Source: Octopus sinensis (taxonomy: Eukaryota). Taken from it: a stretch of 64,000 bases of DNA. The position numbers and the translations under genes were made by a program. Positions 23,170-35,137 of this stretch are shown here, piece by piece; position 1 is the first letter of the stretch, and the number at the start of each line of letters is the position of its first letter. Under the pieces are notes generated by a model, which was given only the letters and a program-made list of their open reading frames with translations, made no database searches and had not been told where the DNA came from. The DNA lies in assembly GCF_006345805.1 (NCBI RefSeq), contig NC_043025.1, forward strand, positions 9,548,001-9,612,000, in the 5' to 3' direction.

Positions 23170-24081
23170 ACATATATATGACAGGCTTTTTCAGATTCTG
23201 TCTACCAAATCCACTCACAAGGCATTGGTGGCGCCCGAGGCTATAGTAGAAGAACACTTGCCCAAGATGCACGCAGTGGGACTGAACCCGGAACCATGTG
23301 GTTGGTTAGCAAGCTACTTACCACACAGCCACTCCTACGCCTTATATATATATATATATATAACACGACAGGCTTCTTTCAGTTTCCGTCTACCAAATCT
23401 ACTCACAAGGCATTGGTCGGCCCGAGGCTATAGTAGAAGACACTTGCTCAAGATGCCACGCAGTGGGAATGAACCCGGAACATGTGGTTGGTTAGCAAGC
23501 TACTTACCACACAGCCACTCCTACGCCTATATATATATATATATATATATAATATACACGACAGGCTTCTTTCAGTTTCCGTCTACCAAATCTACTCACA
23601 GGCATTGGTCGGCCCGAGGCTATAGTAGAAGACACTTGCCCAAGATGCCACGCAGTGGGACTGAACCGGAACCATGTGGTGGTTAGCAAGCTACTTACCA
23701 CACAGCCACTCCTACGCCTATATATATATATATACACGACAGGCTTCTTTCAGTTTTCCGTCTACCAATCTACTCACAAGGCATTGGTCGGCCCGAGGCT
23801 ATAGTAGAAGACACTTGCCCAGATGCCACGCAGTGGGACTGAAACCCGGAACCATGTGGTGGTTAGCAAGCTACTTACCACACAGCCACTCCTACGCCTA
23901 TATATATATATATATACACGACAGGCTTCTTTCAGTTTCCGTCTACCAAATCTACTCACAAGGCATTGGTCGGCCCGAGGCTATAGTAGAAGACACTTGC
24001 CCAAGATGCCACGCAGTGGGACTGAACCCGGAACCATGTGGTTGGTTAGCAAGCTACTTACCACACAGCCACTCCTGCGCC

Positions 24082-24113
<32 letters not shown>

Positions 24114-24280
24114 CATGACGGGCTTCTTTCAGTTTCCGTCTACCAAATCCACTCACAAGGCATTGGTCGGCCCGAGGCTATAGCAGAAGCCACTTGCCCA
24201 AGATGCCACGCAGTGGGACTGAACCCGGAACCATGTGGTTGGTTAGCAAGCTACTTACCACACAGCCACTCCTGCTCCTA
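23170..24280 (-). repeat. Array of ~6 SINE-A 5' halves separated by (TA)n
   Basis: ~180-bp period; copies differ mostly by 1-bp indels. Confidence 0.85.
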
Positions 24281-24462
24281 CTTGTTCATCTCTCAGAAAT
24301 AAAAACAAGCATAATTGATTTTGGGGAATTTTGTGTTTTTTTTTAGATAGAGTTTTTATGGAATTTTGTTGCAAGATAACCAGAAAACTTATGTTTGTAC
24401 AGAAAAATTTTTTACACGGTTTGTCATGTGATTAGAAAGTATTTTAAGGAAAACGTTGTGTA

Positions 24463-24627
24463 TAGGCGCAGGAGTGGTTGTGTGGTAAGAAGCTTGCTTC
24501 CCAACAACATGGTTCCGGGTTCAATCCCACTGCGTGGCACCTTGGGCAAGTGTCTTCTGCTATAGCCTCGGGCCGACCAATGCCTTCTGAGAGGATTTGG
24601 TAGACGGAAACTGAAAGAAGCCCGTCG

Positions 24628-24666
<39 letters not shown>

Positions 24667-24890
24667 TGTGTGTGATTGTGTGTCTGTGTTTGTCCCCACC
24701 AACATTGCTTGACAACCGATGCTGGTGTGTTTATGTCCCCGTCACTTAGTGGTTCGGCAAAAGAGACCGATAGAATAAGTTCTGGGCTTACAAAAGCATA
24801 AGTCCTGGGGTCGAGTTGCTCGATTAAAGGCGGTGCTCCAGCATGGCTGCAGTCAAATGACTGAAACAAGTAAAAGAGTAAATGAGTAAA
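24463..24890 (+). mobile_element. SINE family A, full length
   Basis: Head through tail present. Confidence 0.85.
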
Positions 24891-25085
24891 AGAGTATAGG
24901 CGCAGGAGTAGTTGTGTGGTAAGAAACTTGCTTCCCAGCAATATGGTTCCGGGTTCAGTCCCACTATGGCACCTTGGCCAAGTGTCTTCTGTTTCTACCA
25001 TAACTTTGGGCCAACGAAAGCCTGCGAGTGGATTTGGAAGATGGAAACTGAAAGAAGTCCATCTTGTATATATATATGCATATAT

Positions 25086-25721
25086 CACTTTGATCGACCA
25101 GTCTGTCAGGCGTGCATTTGACACCGCTGGTCACAGCACGCTGTCCACTCCTCCCTGGATCGCGCCTTTCTCATCCACGTGATCCCAATCGTCCTCTTGA
25201 AATCGTCACTCCACCGTCGTGGAGGTCTTCCGGGTGGTCTTTTCCGCTCATGCAGGTACCACTCGACAACTGCGTGCGTCCACCGATTATCGGTCAGCCG
25301 GGCGACGTGTCCAGCCCATCTATACTTGCTGCGAATGGTGAAAGGCAGTGATGAAATAGAGGAGGTGAGAGAATATGTCTACCTGGGACAGGAAGTAAAT
25401 ATGTGCTGGGATATCAAAAAGGAGATCTAACGGAGAGTAAGGGCCGGATGGAAGGCGTTCAATGGCATAAGGGATGTGCTCAAGGGAAGGTTGGACAGGA
25501 CCACCCGCGCCAACCTCATTAACAGTGCAGTTCTGCCTGCAATGTTATATGGTAGTGAAACATGGGCTACCACAAAGAGAGAAGAGCAAAGACTGATAAC
25601 GGCTCAAAGAGCCATGGAAAGGTCAATGCTTGGTATCTCGTTGTGAGAGCACATAAATAGCGAGATCATCAAAAAGAAGTCCGGTGTGAGAGATGTCATC
25701 GCAGAGTATACTCGCAGCAAG
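25086..25721 (-). mobile_element. RTE-1-like LINE 3' portion with inverted 5' segment
   Basis: 25086-25334 (minus) reads RSKYRWAGHVARLTDNRW...RPPGRPPRRW; 25335-25723 (plus) reads YVYLGQ...LPAMLYGSETW...EYTRSKY; TSD tatatgcatatat at 25073 and 25722. Confidence 0.85.
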
Positions 25722-26635
25722 TATATGCATATATATATGTATATAATGTGCCAGTGCAGTAAAATAGAGATAGATATGGCTGTGTGGTAAGAAGCTTGCT
25801 TCCCAACTACATGGTTCCGGGTTCAGTCCCACCGCATGACACTCGAAGCCAGAGGGATGCCAAGACGTAAACCAATCTGGAAAAGAAGGATTTGGAAGCT
25901 TAAGGACCCTTCATACAGTCAGAGATTTAGGGACATTGTAATTGAGAAATTCAATGAAATGGAGGAGGGGCTACAGACTCGCGACATAGACAGCGACTGG
26001 GAATTCCTGAGGGACAGCTTGCCGAGTGCTATGGACCAAACCTGTCCCATCCAGAGCTAGGGTAACGTGGTGGTGGAGCAATGTGGTAGGCAAGGCCATT
26101 CGAGCTAAGAAACAGTCCTGGAAGGCCTGGAAGAATTGAGGTAATAGGGTACTGTATTGTATTAGATTGCCTCCAAAATCAGGTGATGATGAGGGTGGTG
26201 TTGACAAGGACGATGATGATGATGATGATGGTGGTGATACGATGAGATGATGGTGATGGTGATGTTGACAATTGTGGTGATAATGATGAAGGTGATGATG
26301 AGGGTGGTGGTGACAAGGATGATGATGATGGTGGTGATATGATGAGATGATGATGATGGTGATGATATGATGAGATGATGATGATGGTGATAGTGATGAT
26401 GACAATTGTGGTGATGATACGATGAGATGATGATGATAATGATGATGATGCTGACAAGTATATTTAGGGGACAAGTATATTTAGCCAAGGGAGAAGCAGA
26501 AAAGAAGTTTGCCTATGTTCAGCGGCGTGAAGACCACAGAACTGAAGTGTTTTGGATTGCAAGACAGTGTGAGAGAGAAAATCGTGATGTCATAGGAGAG
26601 AAATGTATCTGTATGGATGATGGTGCACTTGTATG

Positions 26636-27020
26636 TAGTGGAGTCGCAATGGCCCAGTGGTTAGGGCAGCGGACTCGCGGTCATAGGATCGCGGTTTCGA
26701 TTCCCAGACCGGGCGTTGTGAGTGTTTATTGAGCGAAAACACCTAAAAGCTCCACGAGGCTCCGGCAGGGATGTTGGTGATCCCTGCTGTACTCTTTCAC
26801 CACGACTTTCTCTCACTCTTCCTTCCTGTTTCTGTTGTACCTGTATTTCAAAGGGCCGGCCTTGTCACTCTCTGTGTCACGCTGAATATCCCCGAGAACT
26901 ACGTTAAGGTTACACATGTCTGTGGAGTGCTCAGCCACTTACACGTTAATTTCACGAGCAGGCTGTTCCGTTGATTCGGATCAACCGGAACCCTCGTCGT
27001 CGTAACCGACGGAGTGATTT
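26636..27020 (+). mobile_element. SINE family C (tRNA-like head), nested in the RTE
   Basis: gcaatggcccagtggttagggcagcggactcgcgg...ggtttcgattccc head; second copy at 56462-56838. Confidence 0.8.
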
Positions 27021-27182
27021 CCCTGTATGTAATGATTCTGCAAAGAAAGTAGTTTGGAAATGCCATTATGAAAGACTGCTGAACGTGGGGAATATGTGGA
27101 AGGAGGAAAGCCTGCCAAATGTGGACTCAATTGAGGGACCGGCTACCTGAATCGACAGGTCCTTCGTAGATAAAGTAATTAA

Positions 27183-27535
27183 AGTTCGGGCGAAATGCTT
27201 AGCCGTATTTCATCTGCCGTTACGTTCTGAGTTCAAATTCCGCCAAGGTTAAGTACCAGTTACTCACTGGGTCGATGTACTTGACTTTATCCGTTTGTCT
27301 ATCCTTGTTTGTCCCCTGTATGTTTAGCCCCTTGTGGGTAATAAAGAAATAGGTATTTTGTCTGCCGCTACGTTCTAAGTTCAAATTCCGCCGAGGTCGA
27401 CTTTGCCTTTCATCCTTTTGGGGTTATAAATTAAGCACCAGTTACACACTGGGGTCGATGTAATCGACTTAATCCGTTTGTCTGTCCTTGTTTGTCCCCT
27501 CTATGTTTAGCCCCTTGCGGATAATAAAGAAACAG
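27183..27535 (+). mobile_element. Two SINE-B copies nested in the RTE
   Basis: RTE reading attaaag|atatgaagaca is split by them. Confidence 0.8.
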
Positions 27536-28559
27536 ATATGAAGACAGGGAAAGCCCCCAGCCCCTCAGGAGTCACTGCTGAGGTGTTTAAAATATCTGAT
27601 GGTGCAGATTATGGTCTAGTCACCTGTATTGTAAATCAGGTGGTTCATGAAGAAGTCATGCCCAATGACTGGTATAGCAGCAACATAGTCAACTGCTACA
27701 AAAGTAAAGTAAAGGTGATGCCTTAGATACAAATAATTACAGCGGTATCAAATTGCTGGATCAGGTGATGAAAGTTACTGAGAGAGTCATAACCCAACTA
27801 ATTAGGGAGAGAGAGTTAGCCTGGATGAGATGCAGTTTGATTTTGTACCAGGGAGAAGCACCGCTGATGCTATATTTCTGGTGAGGTAGCTGCAGGAGAA
27901 ATACATATCCAAAGTAAAAAGCACCCACTATACTCACGGAGTGGTTGGCGTTAGGAAGGGCATCCAGCTGTAGAAGCACTGCCGGATCAGACTGGAGCCT
28001 GGTGCAGCCTACCGGCTTCACAGACCCCTGTCAAACCGTCCAACCCATGCTTGCATGGAAAATGGACGTTAAACAATGATGATGATGATATATATATATA
28101 TATATATATATAGTAAAAATAATTAAAAGGGCGGGCAACAGGCTGCTTCGCCGCATACCGAAGGAATTAGAAATGGCAGTCAAAGACTGTTTTTTCCATT
28201 TACTACAAGTGGAGGTTCCATATACGACAAACCCTGCGATTCACATATGCAAAATCGGAGTAGCAAATAAACGAAAACAATCTCTTACCGTCAATGGTGA
28301 ACATGTTTCTAGATCACAGGCTAGAAATTGCCTGATTTCCTTCGTCAACACCATATTTGATAGATTTACCAAATGCCACAAGCCTTCACCTCTGACCAAG
28401 CGACATCAGATAGTGGGGGGAAGTGTGCAGATGTTAAAACTAAGTAATGACTGGGACCGTAAATTTTCCCTCCAAAATTCTGCCATGCACGCCGCCTGGG
28501 TGATCGCAATGGAATAAGAAATCCACATGGTAATACAATATAATGTGTATATATATATA

Positions 28560-28603
<44 letters not shown>

Positions 28604-28996
28604 TCCTCTGATCCTGTGCTAGTGGCACGTAAAAAGCACCCACTACACTCTGGAAGTGGTTGGCGTTAGGAAGGGAATCCAGCTGTAGAAACACTGCCAG
28701 ATCAGACTGGAGCCTGGTGCAGCCTCCTGGCTTCCCAGACCCCGGTCAAACCGTCCAACCCATGGTAGCACGGAAAACGGACATTAAATGATATGATGAT
28801 GATGATTCAGTTGTATTACTTGGATACCAAGGGACTAATATTGAAGATATCACATAAGCATGTTCATAGAATAAATAACACAGCAACAGAACTTTTGTTT
28901 AGGACTTTTTTTACTCTCTCTCTCTCTTTCTCTTTTACTCTCTTTTACTTGTTTCAGTCATTTGACTGCGGCCATGCTAGAGCAACCCGACCCTGG

Positions 28997-29118
28997 GATA
29001 TTTTAAGTACCTCAGCAGTGATTCCTGATGGGCTGGGGGCTTTCCCTGTCTTCATATCTGTTTCTTTATTACCCGCAAGGGGTTAAACATAGAGGGGACG
29101 AACAAGGACAGACGAACT
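28997..29118 (-). repeat. Inverted copy of the SINE-B/RTE junction at ~27476-27596
   Basis: Roughly 90% identical by eye to the reverse complement, spanning the junction. Confidence 0.85.
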
Positions 29119-29189
29119 TTAATCGAGCAACTCGACCCCGGGACTTATTCTTTGTAAGCCCAGTACTTATTCTATCGGTCTCTTTTGCC

Positions 29190-29845
29190 AAACCGCAGTT
29201 TCCGTCTACCAAATCCGCTCACAAGGCTTTGATCGGCCCGAGGCTATAGTAGAAGACACTTGCCCAAGATGCCACGCAGTGGGACTGAACCCGGAACCAT
29301 GTGGTTGGTAAGCAAGCTACTTACCACACAGCCACTCCTGCGCCTATACGACAGGCTTCTTTCAGTTTCCGTCTACCAAATCCACTCACAAGGCTTTGAT
29401 CGGCCCGAGGCTATAGTAGAAGACACTTGCCCAAGATGCCACGCAGTGGGACTGAACCCGGAACCATGTGGTTGGTAAGCAAGCTACTTACCACACAGCC
29501 ACTCCTGCGCCTATACGACAGGCTTCTTTCAGTTTCCGTCTACCAAATCCACTCACAAGGCTTTGATCGGCCCGAGGCTATAGTAGAAGACACTTGTCCA
29601 AGATGCCACGCAGTGGGACTGAACCCGGAACCATGTGGTTGGTAAGCAAGCTACTTACCACACAGCCACTCCTACACGACAGGCTTCTTTCAGTTTCCGT
29701 CTACCAAATCCACTCACAAGGCTTTGATCGGCCCGAGGCTATAGTAGAAGACACTTTGCCCAAGGTGCCACGCAGTGGGACTGAACCCGGAACCATGTGG
29801 TTGGTAAGCAAGCTACTCACCACACAGCCACTCCTGCGCCTCCTA
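29190..29845 (-). repeat. Four tandem SINE-A heads, 167-bp period
   Basis: Near-identical ORF starts at 29260, 29427 and 29594. Confidence 0.9.
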
Positions 29846-29921
29846 CATGAATTAAGTCTAAATCCAGTGAAAGTTTCTGAATCGTTTATTGTAAGACTAT
29901 ATCCACATACTTGCATTTTGT

Positions 29922-30148
29922 AAATTGAATAGACTAAAGTTAAGCCTCAAACAAGGGATGGTTAAATGGATTTCCTATCAGCACTTTGTGGGCATTGCAG
30001 TGAAAACACCGGATTATATTGGAACAAATACGGATTGAGGAAACTTGTTAAATTGGTGAAAACCAACGATATATTCTGAAAAGCCATTTGTAAGATGGAT
30101 AATGAGCAAATCTGCTTTAAGTGAAAGAAGTGTGTGTTTAGCAGGTTT
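29922..30148 (+). repeat. ~225-bp dispersed duplication, copy 1
   Basis: aaattgaatagactaaag...tttagcaggttt is repeated at 42034-42280. Confidence 0.9.
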
Positions 30149-30303
30149 TAGAATTGTGATACAAGACACAAATGAAGGAATTGTTTAGAATTCAGATCGC
30201 TGTATTACAGGTTCAGTCGGAAACTGTTTTCATATTTCAAACAAGAATTACATTATAGAAATTAAACCAGACATACCTAACCGAAATATTCTGCCTGTTT
30301 TAT

Positions 30304-33300
30304 GTTCAAACTGGCCAGATTTGATTTCTCACACCTACCCTACAATGTCATTTCTCAAAGCTATGAGATAATGCATGATTAATTCAAAACAAGGCCAGAT
30401 CCTGTCTCTCACACCTACCCTACAATGTCATTCTAAAAATAAACAATCACATCATTGAAATCTCAAAGCTATGAGATAATGCATGATTAATTCAAACAAG
30501 GCCAAATTCAGCCTCTCACACCTACCCTACAATATCATTCTAAAAATAAACAATCTCATCATTGAAATCTCAAAGCTATGAGATAATGCAGGATTAATTC
30601 AAAACAAGGCCAGATCCTGTCTCTCACACCTACCCTACAATGTCATTCAAAAATAAACAATCTCATCATTGAAATCTCAAAGCTATGAGATAATGCATGA
30701 TTAATTCAAAACAAGGCCAGATCCTGTCTCTCACACCTACCTACATGTCATTCTAAAAATAAACAATCACATCATTGAAATCTCAAAGCTATGAGATATG
30801 CATGATTAATTCAAGCAAGGCCAAATTCAGCCTCTCACACCTACCCTACAATGTCATTCTAAAAATAAACAATCTCATCATTGAAATCTCAAAGCTATGA
30901 GATAATGCAGGATTAATTCAAAACAAGGCCAGATCCTGTCTCTCACACCTACCCTACAATGTCATTCTAAAAATAACAATCTCATCATTGAAATCTCAAG
31001 CTAGAGCAAAGCTAGATGAGAATGCATGATTAATTCAAACAAGGCCAAGATCCAGCCTTACACCTACCCTACAATGTCATTCTAAAAGTAAACAATCACA
31101 TCATTGAAATCCCAAAGCTATGAGATAATGCATGATTAATTCAAAACAAGGCCAGATCCTGTCTCTCACACCTACCCTACAATGTCATTCTAAAAATAAA
31201 CAATCTCATCATTGAAATCTCAAAGCTATGAGATAATGCATGATTAATTCAAAACAAGGCCAGATCCAGCCTCTCACACCTACCCTACAATGTCATTCTA
31301 AAAATAAACAATCACATCATTGAAATCTCAAAGCTATGAGATAATGCATGATTAATTCAAAACAAGGCCAGATCCTGTCTCTCACACCTACCCTACAATG
31401 TCATTCTAAAAATAAACAATCTCATCATTGAAATCTCAAAGCTATGAGATAATGCATGATTAATTCAAAACAAGGCCAGATCCTGTCTCTCACACCTACC
31501 CTACAATGTCATTCTAAAAATAAACAATCTCATCATTGAAATCTCAAAGCTATGAGATAATGCATGATTAATTCAAAACAAGGCCAGATCCTGTCTCTCA
31601 CACCTACCCTACAATGTCATTCTAAAAATAAACAATCACATCATTGAAATCTCAAAGCTATGAGATAATGCATGATTAATTCAAAACAAGGCCAGATCCT
31701 GTCTCTCACACTACCCTACAATGTCATTCTAAAAATAAACAATCACATCATTGAAATCTCAAAGCTATGAGATAATGCATGATTAATTCAAAACAAGGCC
31801 AGATCCTGTCTCTCACACCTACCCTACAATGTCATTCTAAAAATAAACAATCTCATCATTGAAATCTCAAAGCTATGAGATAATGCATGATTAATTCAAA
31901 ACAAGGCCAGATCCTGTCTCTCACACCTACCCACAATGTCATTCTAAAAATAAACAATCTCATCATTGAAATCTCAAAGCTATGAGATAATGCATGATTA
32001 ATTCAAAACAAGGCCAGATCCTGTCTCTCACACCTACCCTACAATGTCATTTAAAAATAAACAATCTCATCATTGAAATCTCAAAGCTATGAGATAATGC
32101 ATGATTAATTCAAAACAAGGCCAGATCCTGTCTCTCACACCTACCCTACAATGTCATTCTAAAAATAAACAATCTCATCATTGAAATCTCAAAGCTATGA
32201 GATAATGCTGATTAATTCAAAACAAGGCCAGATCCAGCCTCTCACACCTACCCTACAATGTCATTCTAAAAATAAACAATCACATCATTGAAATCTCAAA
32301 GCTATGAGATAATGCATGATTAATTCAAAACAAGGCCAGATCCTGTCTCTCACACCTACCCTACAATGTCATTCTAAAAAAAACAATCTCATCATTGAAA
32401 TCTCAAAGCTATGAGATAATGCATGATTAATTCAAAACAAGGCCAGATCCAGCCTCTCACACCTACCCTACAATGTCATTCTAAAATAAACAATCACATC
32501 ATTGAAATCCCAAAGCTATGAGATAATGCATGATTAATTCAAAACAAGGCCAGATCCTGTCTCTCACACCTACCCTACAATGTCCATTCTAAAATAAACC
32601 ATCTCATCATTGAAATCTCAAAGCTATGAGATAATGCATGATTAATTCAAAACAAGGCCGGATCCTGTCTCTCACACCTAGCCTACAATGTCATTCTAAA
32701 AATAAACAATCTCATCATTGAAATCTCAAAGCTATGAGATAATGCATGATTAATTCAAAACAAGGCCAGATCCAGCCTCTCCACCTAGCCTACAATGTCA
32801 TTCTAAAAATAAACAATCACATCATTGAAATCTCAAGGCTATGAGATAATGCATGATTAATTCAAAACAAGTGCCAGATCCAGCCTCTCACACCTACCCT
32901 ACAAGTCATTCTAAAAATAAACAATCACATCATTGAAATCTCAAAGCTATGAGATAATGCATGATTAATTCAAACAAGGCCAGATCCTGCCTCTCACACC
33001 TAGCCTACAATGTCATTCTAAAAAAATAACAATCATCATTGAAATCTCAAGGCTATGAGATAATGCATGATTAATTCAAAACAAGGCCAGATCCAGCCTC
33101 TCACACCTACCCTACAATGTCATTCTAAAAATAAACAATCACATCATTGAAATCTCAAAGCTATGAGATAATGCATGATTAATTCAAGCAAGGCCAAATT
33201 CAGCCTCTCACACCTACCCTACAATGTCATTCTAAAAATAAACAATCTCATCATTGAAATCTCAAAGCTATGAGATAATGCAGGATTAATTCAAAACAAG

Positions 33301-34652
33301 GCCAGATCCTGTCTCTCACACCTACCCTACAATGTCATTCTAAAAGTAAACAATCACATCATTGAAATCCCAAAGCTATGAGATAATGCATGATTAATTC
33401 AAAACAAGGCCAGATCCTGCCTCTCACACCTAGCCTACAATGTCATTCTAAAAAAAACAATCACATCTTTGAAATCTCAAAGCTATGAGATAATGCATGA
33501 TTAATTCAAAACAAGGCCAGATCTGCCTCTCACACCTAGCCTACAATGTCATTCTAAAAATAAACAATCACATCATTGAAATCCAAAGCTATGAGATAAT
33601 GCATGATTAATTCAAAACAAGGCAGATCCTGCCTCTCACACCTAGCCTACAATGTCATTCTAAAAATAAACCAATCACATTTGAAATCTCAAAGCTATGA
33701 GATATGCATGATTAATTCAAAACAAGGCCAGATCCTCCTCTCACACCTAGCCTACAATGTCATTCTAAAAATAAACAATCACATCTTTGAAATCTCAAAG
33801 CTATGAGATAATACATGATTAATTCAAAACAAGGCCAGATCCTGCCTCTCAACCTAGCCTACAATGTCATTCTAAAAATAAGCAATCACATCTTTGAAAT
33901 CTCAAAGCTATGAGATAATACATGATTAATTCAAAACAAGGCCGATCCTGCCTCTCACACCTAGCCTACAATGTCATTCTAAAATAAACCAATCACATCT
34001 TTGAAATCTCAAAGCTATGAGATAATGCATGATTAATTCAAAACAAGGCCGATCCAGCCTCTCACACCTACCCTACAATGTCATTCTAAAAATAAACAAT
34101 CACATCATTGAAATCTCAAGGCTATGAGATAATGCATGATTAATTCAAAACAGGCCAGATCCAGCCTCTCACACCTACCCTACAATGTCATTCTAAAAAT
34201 AAACAATCACATCATTGAAATCTCAAGGCTATGAGATAATGCATGATTAATTCAAAACAAGGCCAGATCCTGCCTCTCACACCTAGCCTACAATGTCATT
34301 CTAAAAATAAACAATCACATCATTGAAACCTCAAAGCTATGAGATAATGCATGATTAATTCAAAACAAGGCCAGATCCTGCCTCTCACACCTAGCCTACA
34401 ATGTCATTCTAAAAATAAACAATCACATCATTGAAATCTCAAAGCTATGAGATAATGCATGATTAATTCAAAACAAGGCCAGATCCTGCCTCTCACACCT
34501 AGCCTACAATGTCATTCTAAAAATAAACAATCACATCATTGAAATCTCAAAGCTATGAGATAATGCATGATTAATTCAAAACAAGGCCAGATCCTGCCTC
34601 TCACACCTATCCTACCATGTCATTCTCAAAGCTGTGAGATAATGCATGATTA
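30304..34652 (+). repeat. Satellite, 108-bp unit, about 40 copies
   Basis: Unit ttaattcaaaacaaggccagatcctgtctctcacacctaccctacaatgtcattctaaaaataaacaatctcatcattgaaatctcaaagctatgagataatgcatga; tcaaaac at 31141 and 31249. Confidence 0.97.
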
Positions 34653-34763
34653 ATATATATGCATGGGCGACTGCAGGTCTTCCATAAACAGCCTTGCATG
34701 GACTTTTACTTGGGAGGGTAATTTTCTAGGTGCAATCCCACAGTCAGTCATGACCGAAGGGGA

Positions 34764-34808
34764 TCTATCTATCTATCTATCTACCTACCTACCTACCTAC
34801 CTACCTAC

Positions 34809-34858
<50 letters not shown>

Positions 34859-34922
34859 CTCTCTGTCTCTCTGTCTCTCTGTCTCTCTGTCTCTCTCTCT
34901 CTCTCTCTGTCTCTCTGTCTCT
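34764..34922. repeat. (TATC)n-(TACC)n-(TC)n microsatellite
   Basis: Direct reading. Confidence 0.95.
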
Positions 34923-35137
34923 CACGGATGTGATGTCGTTTCAGCTCCGAAGGTAATCATTTATTTTGACTATTTAAAAGTGTATATTGACAAACATTTT
35001 GTGCTTAAAAGTTGTGCAACAACATCCACTGTAAACCTTTGATAATATCGACACAAAATTTTGCCCCTTGTGGGCAAAATTTAAAAGAAAAAATTCTCAT
35101 AGCCTTCGTGGTTTCATTTAGCCATTTTATTTCCAAA

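Larger units (their letters stand above)
25835..28090 (+). mobile_element. Decayed RTE (linker plus RT start, deletion, 3' tail) carrying nested insertions
   Basis: TWWWSNVV..AIRAKK (~26060), EKKFAYVQRRED (~26500), MKTGKAPSPSG (27538), QFDFVPGRSTADAIF (~27835), (GAT)n tail. Confidence 0.8.

Noticed and set aside
23075-24302. Recurrent peptides such as [24 protein letters not shown]
   Set aside because: Antisense translation of SINE-A heads.
26640-26715. tRNA gene
   Set aside because: The tRNA-like A/B boxes run into a SINE body present elsewhere (56462-56838); the same applies to family A and B heads.
28173-28517. 114-aa ORF MAVKDCFF...
   Set aside because: It starts inside an arm of the palindrome family, has no recognisable domain and no splice support.
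30304-34652. CRISPR-like array
   Set aside because: Whole 108-bp units repeat with no unique spacers and no cas genes; eukaryotic context.
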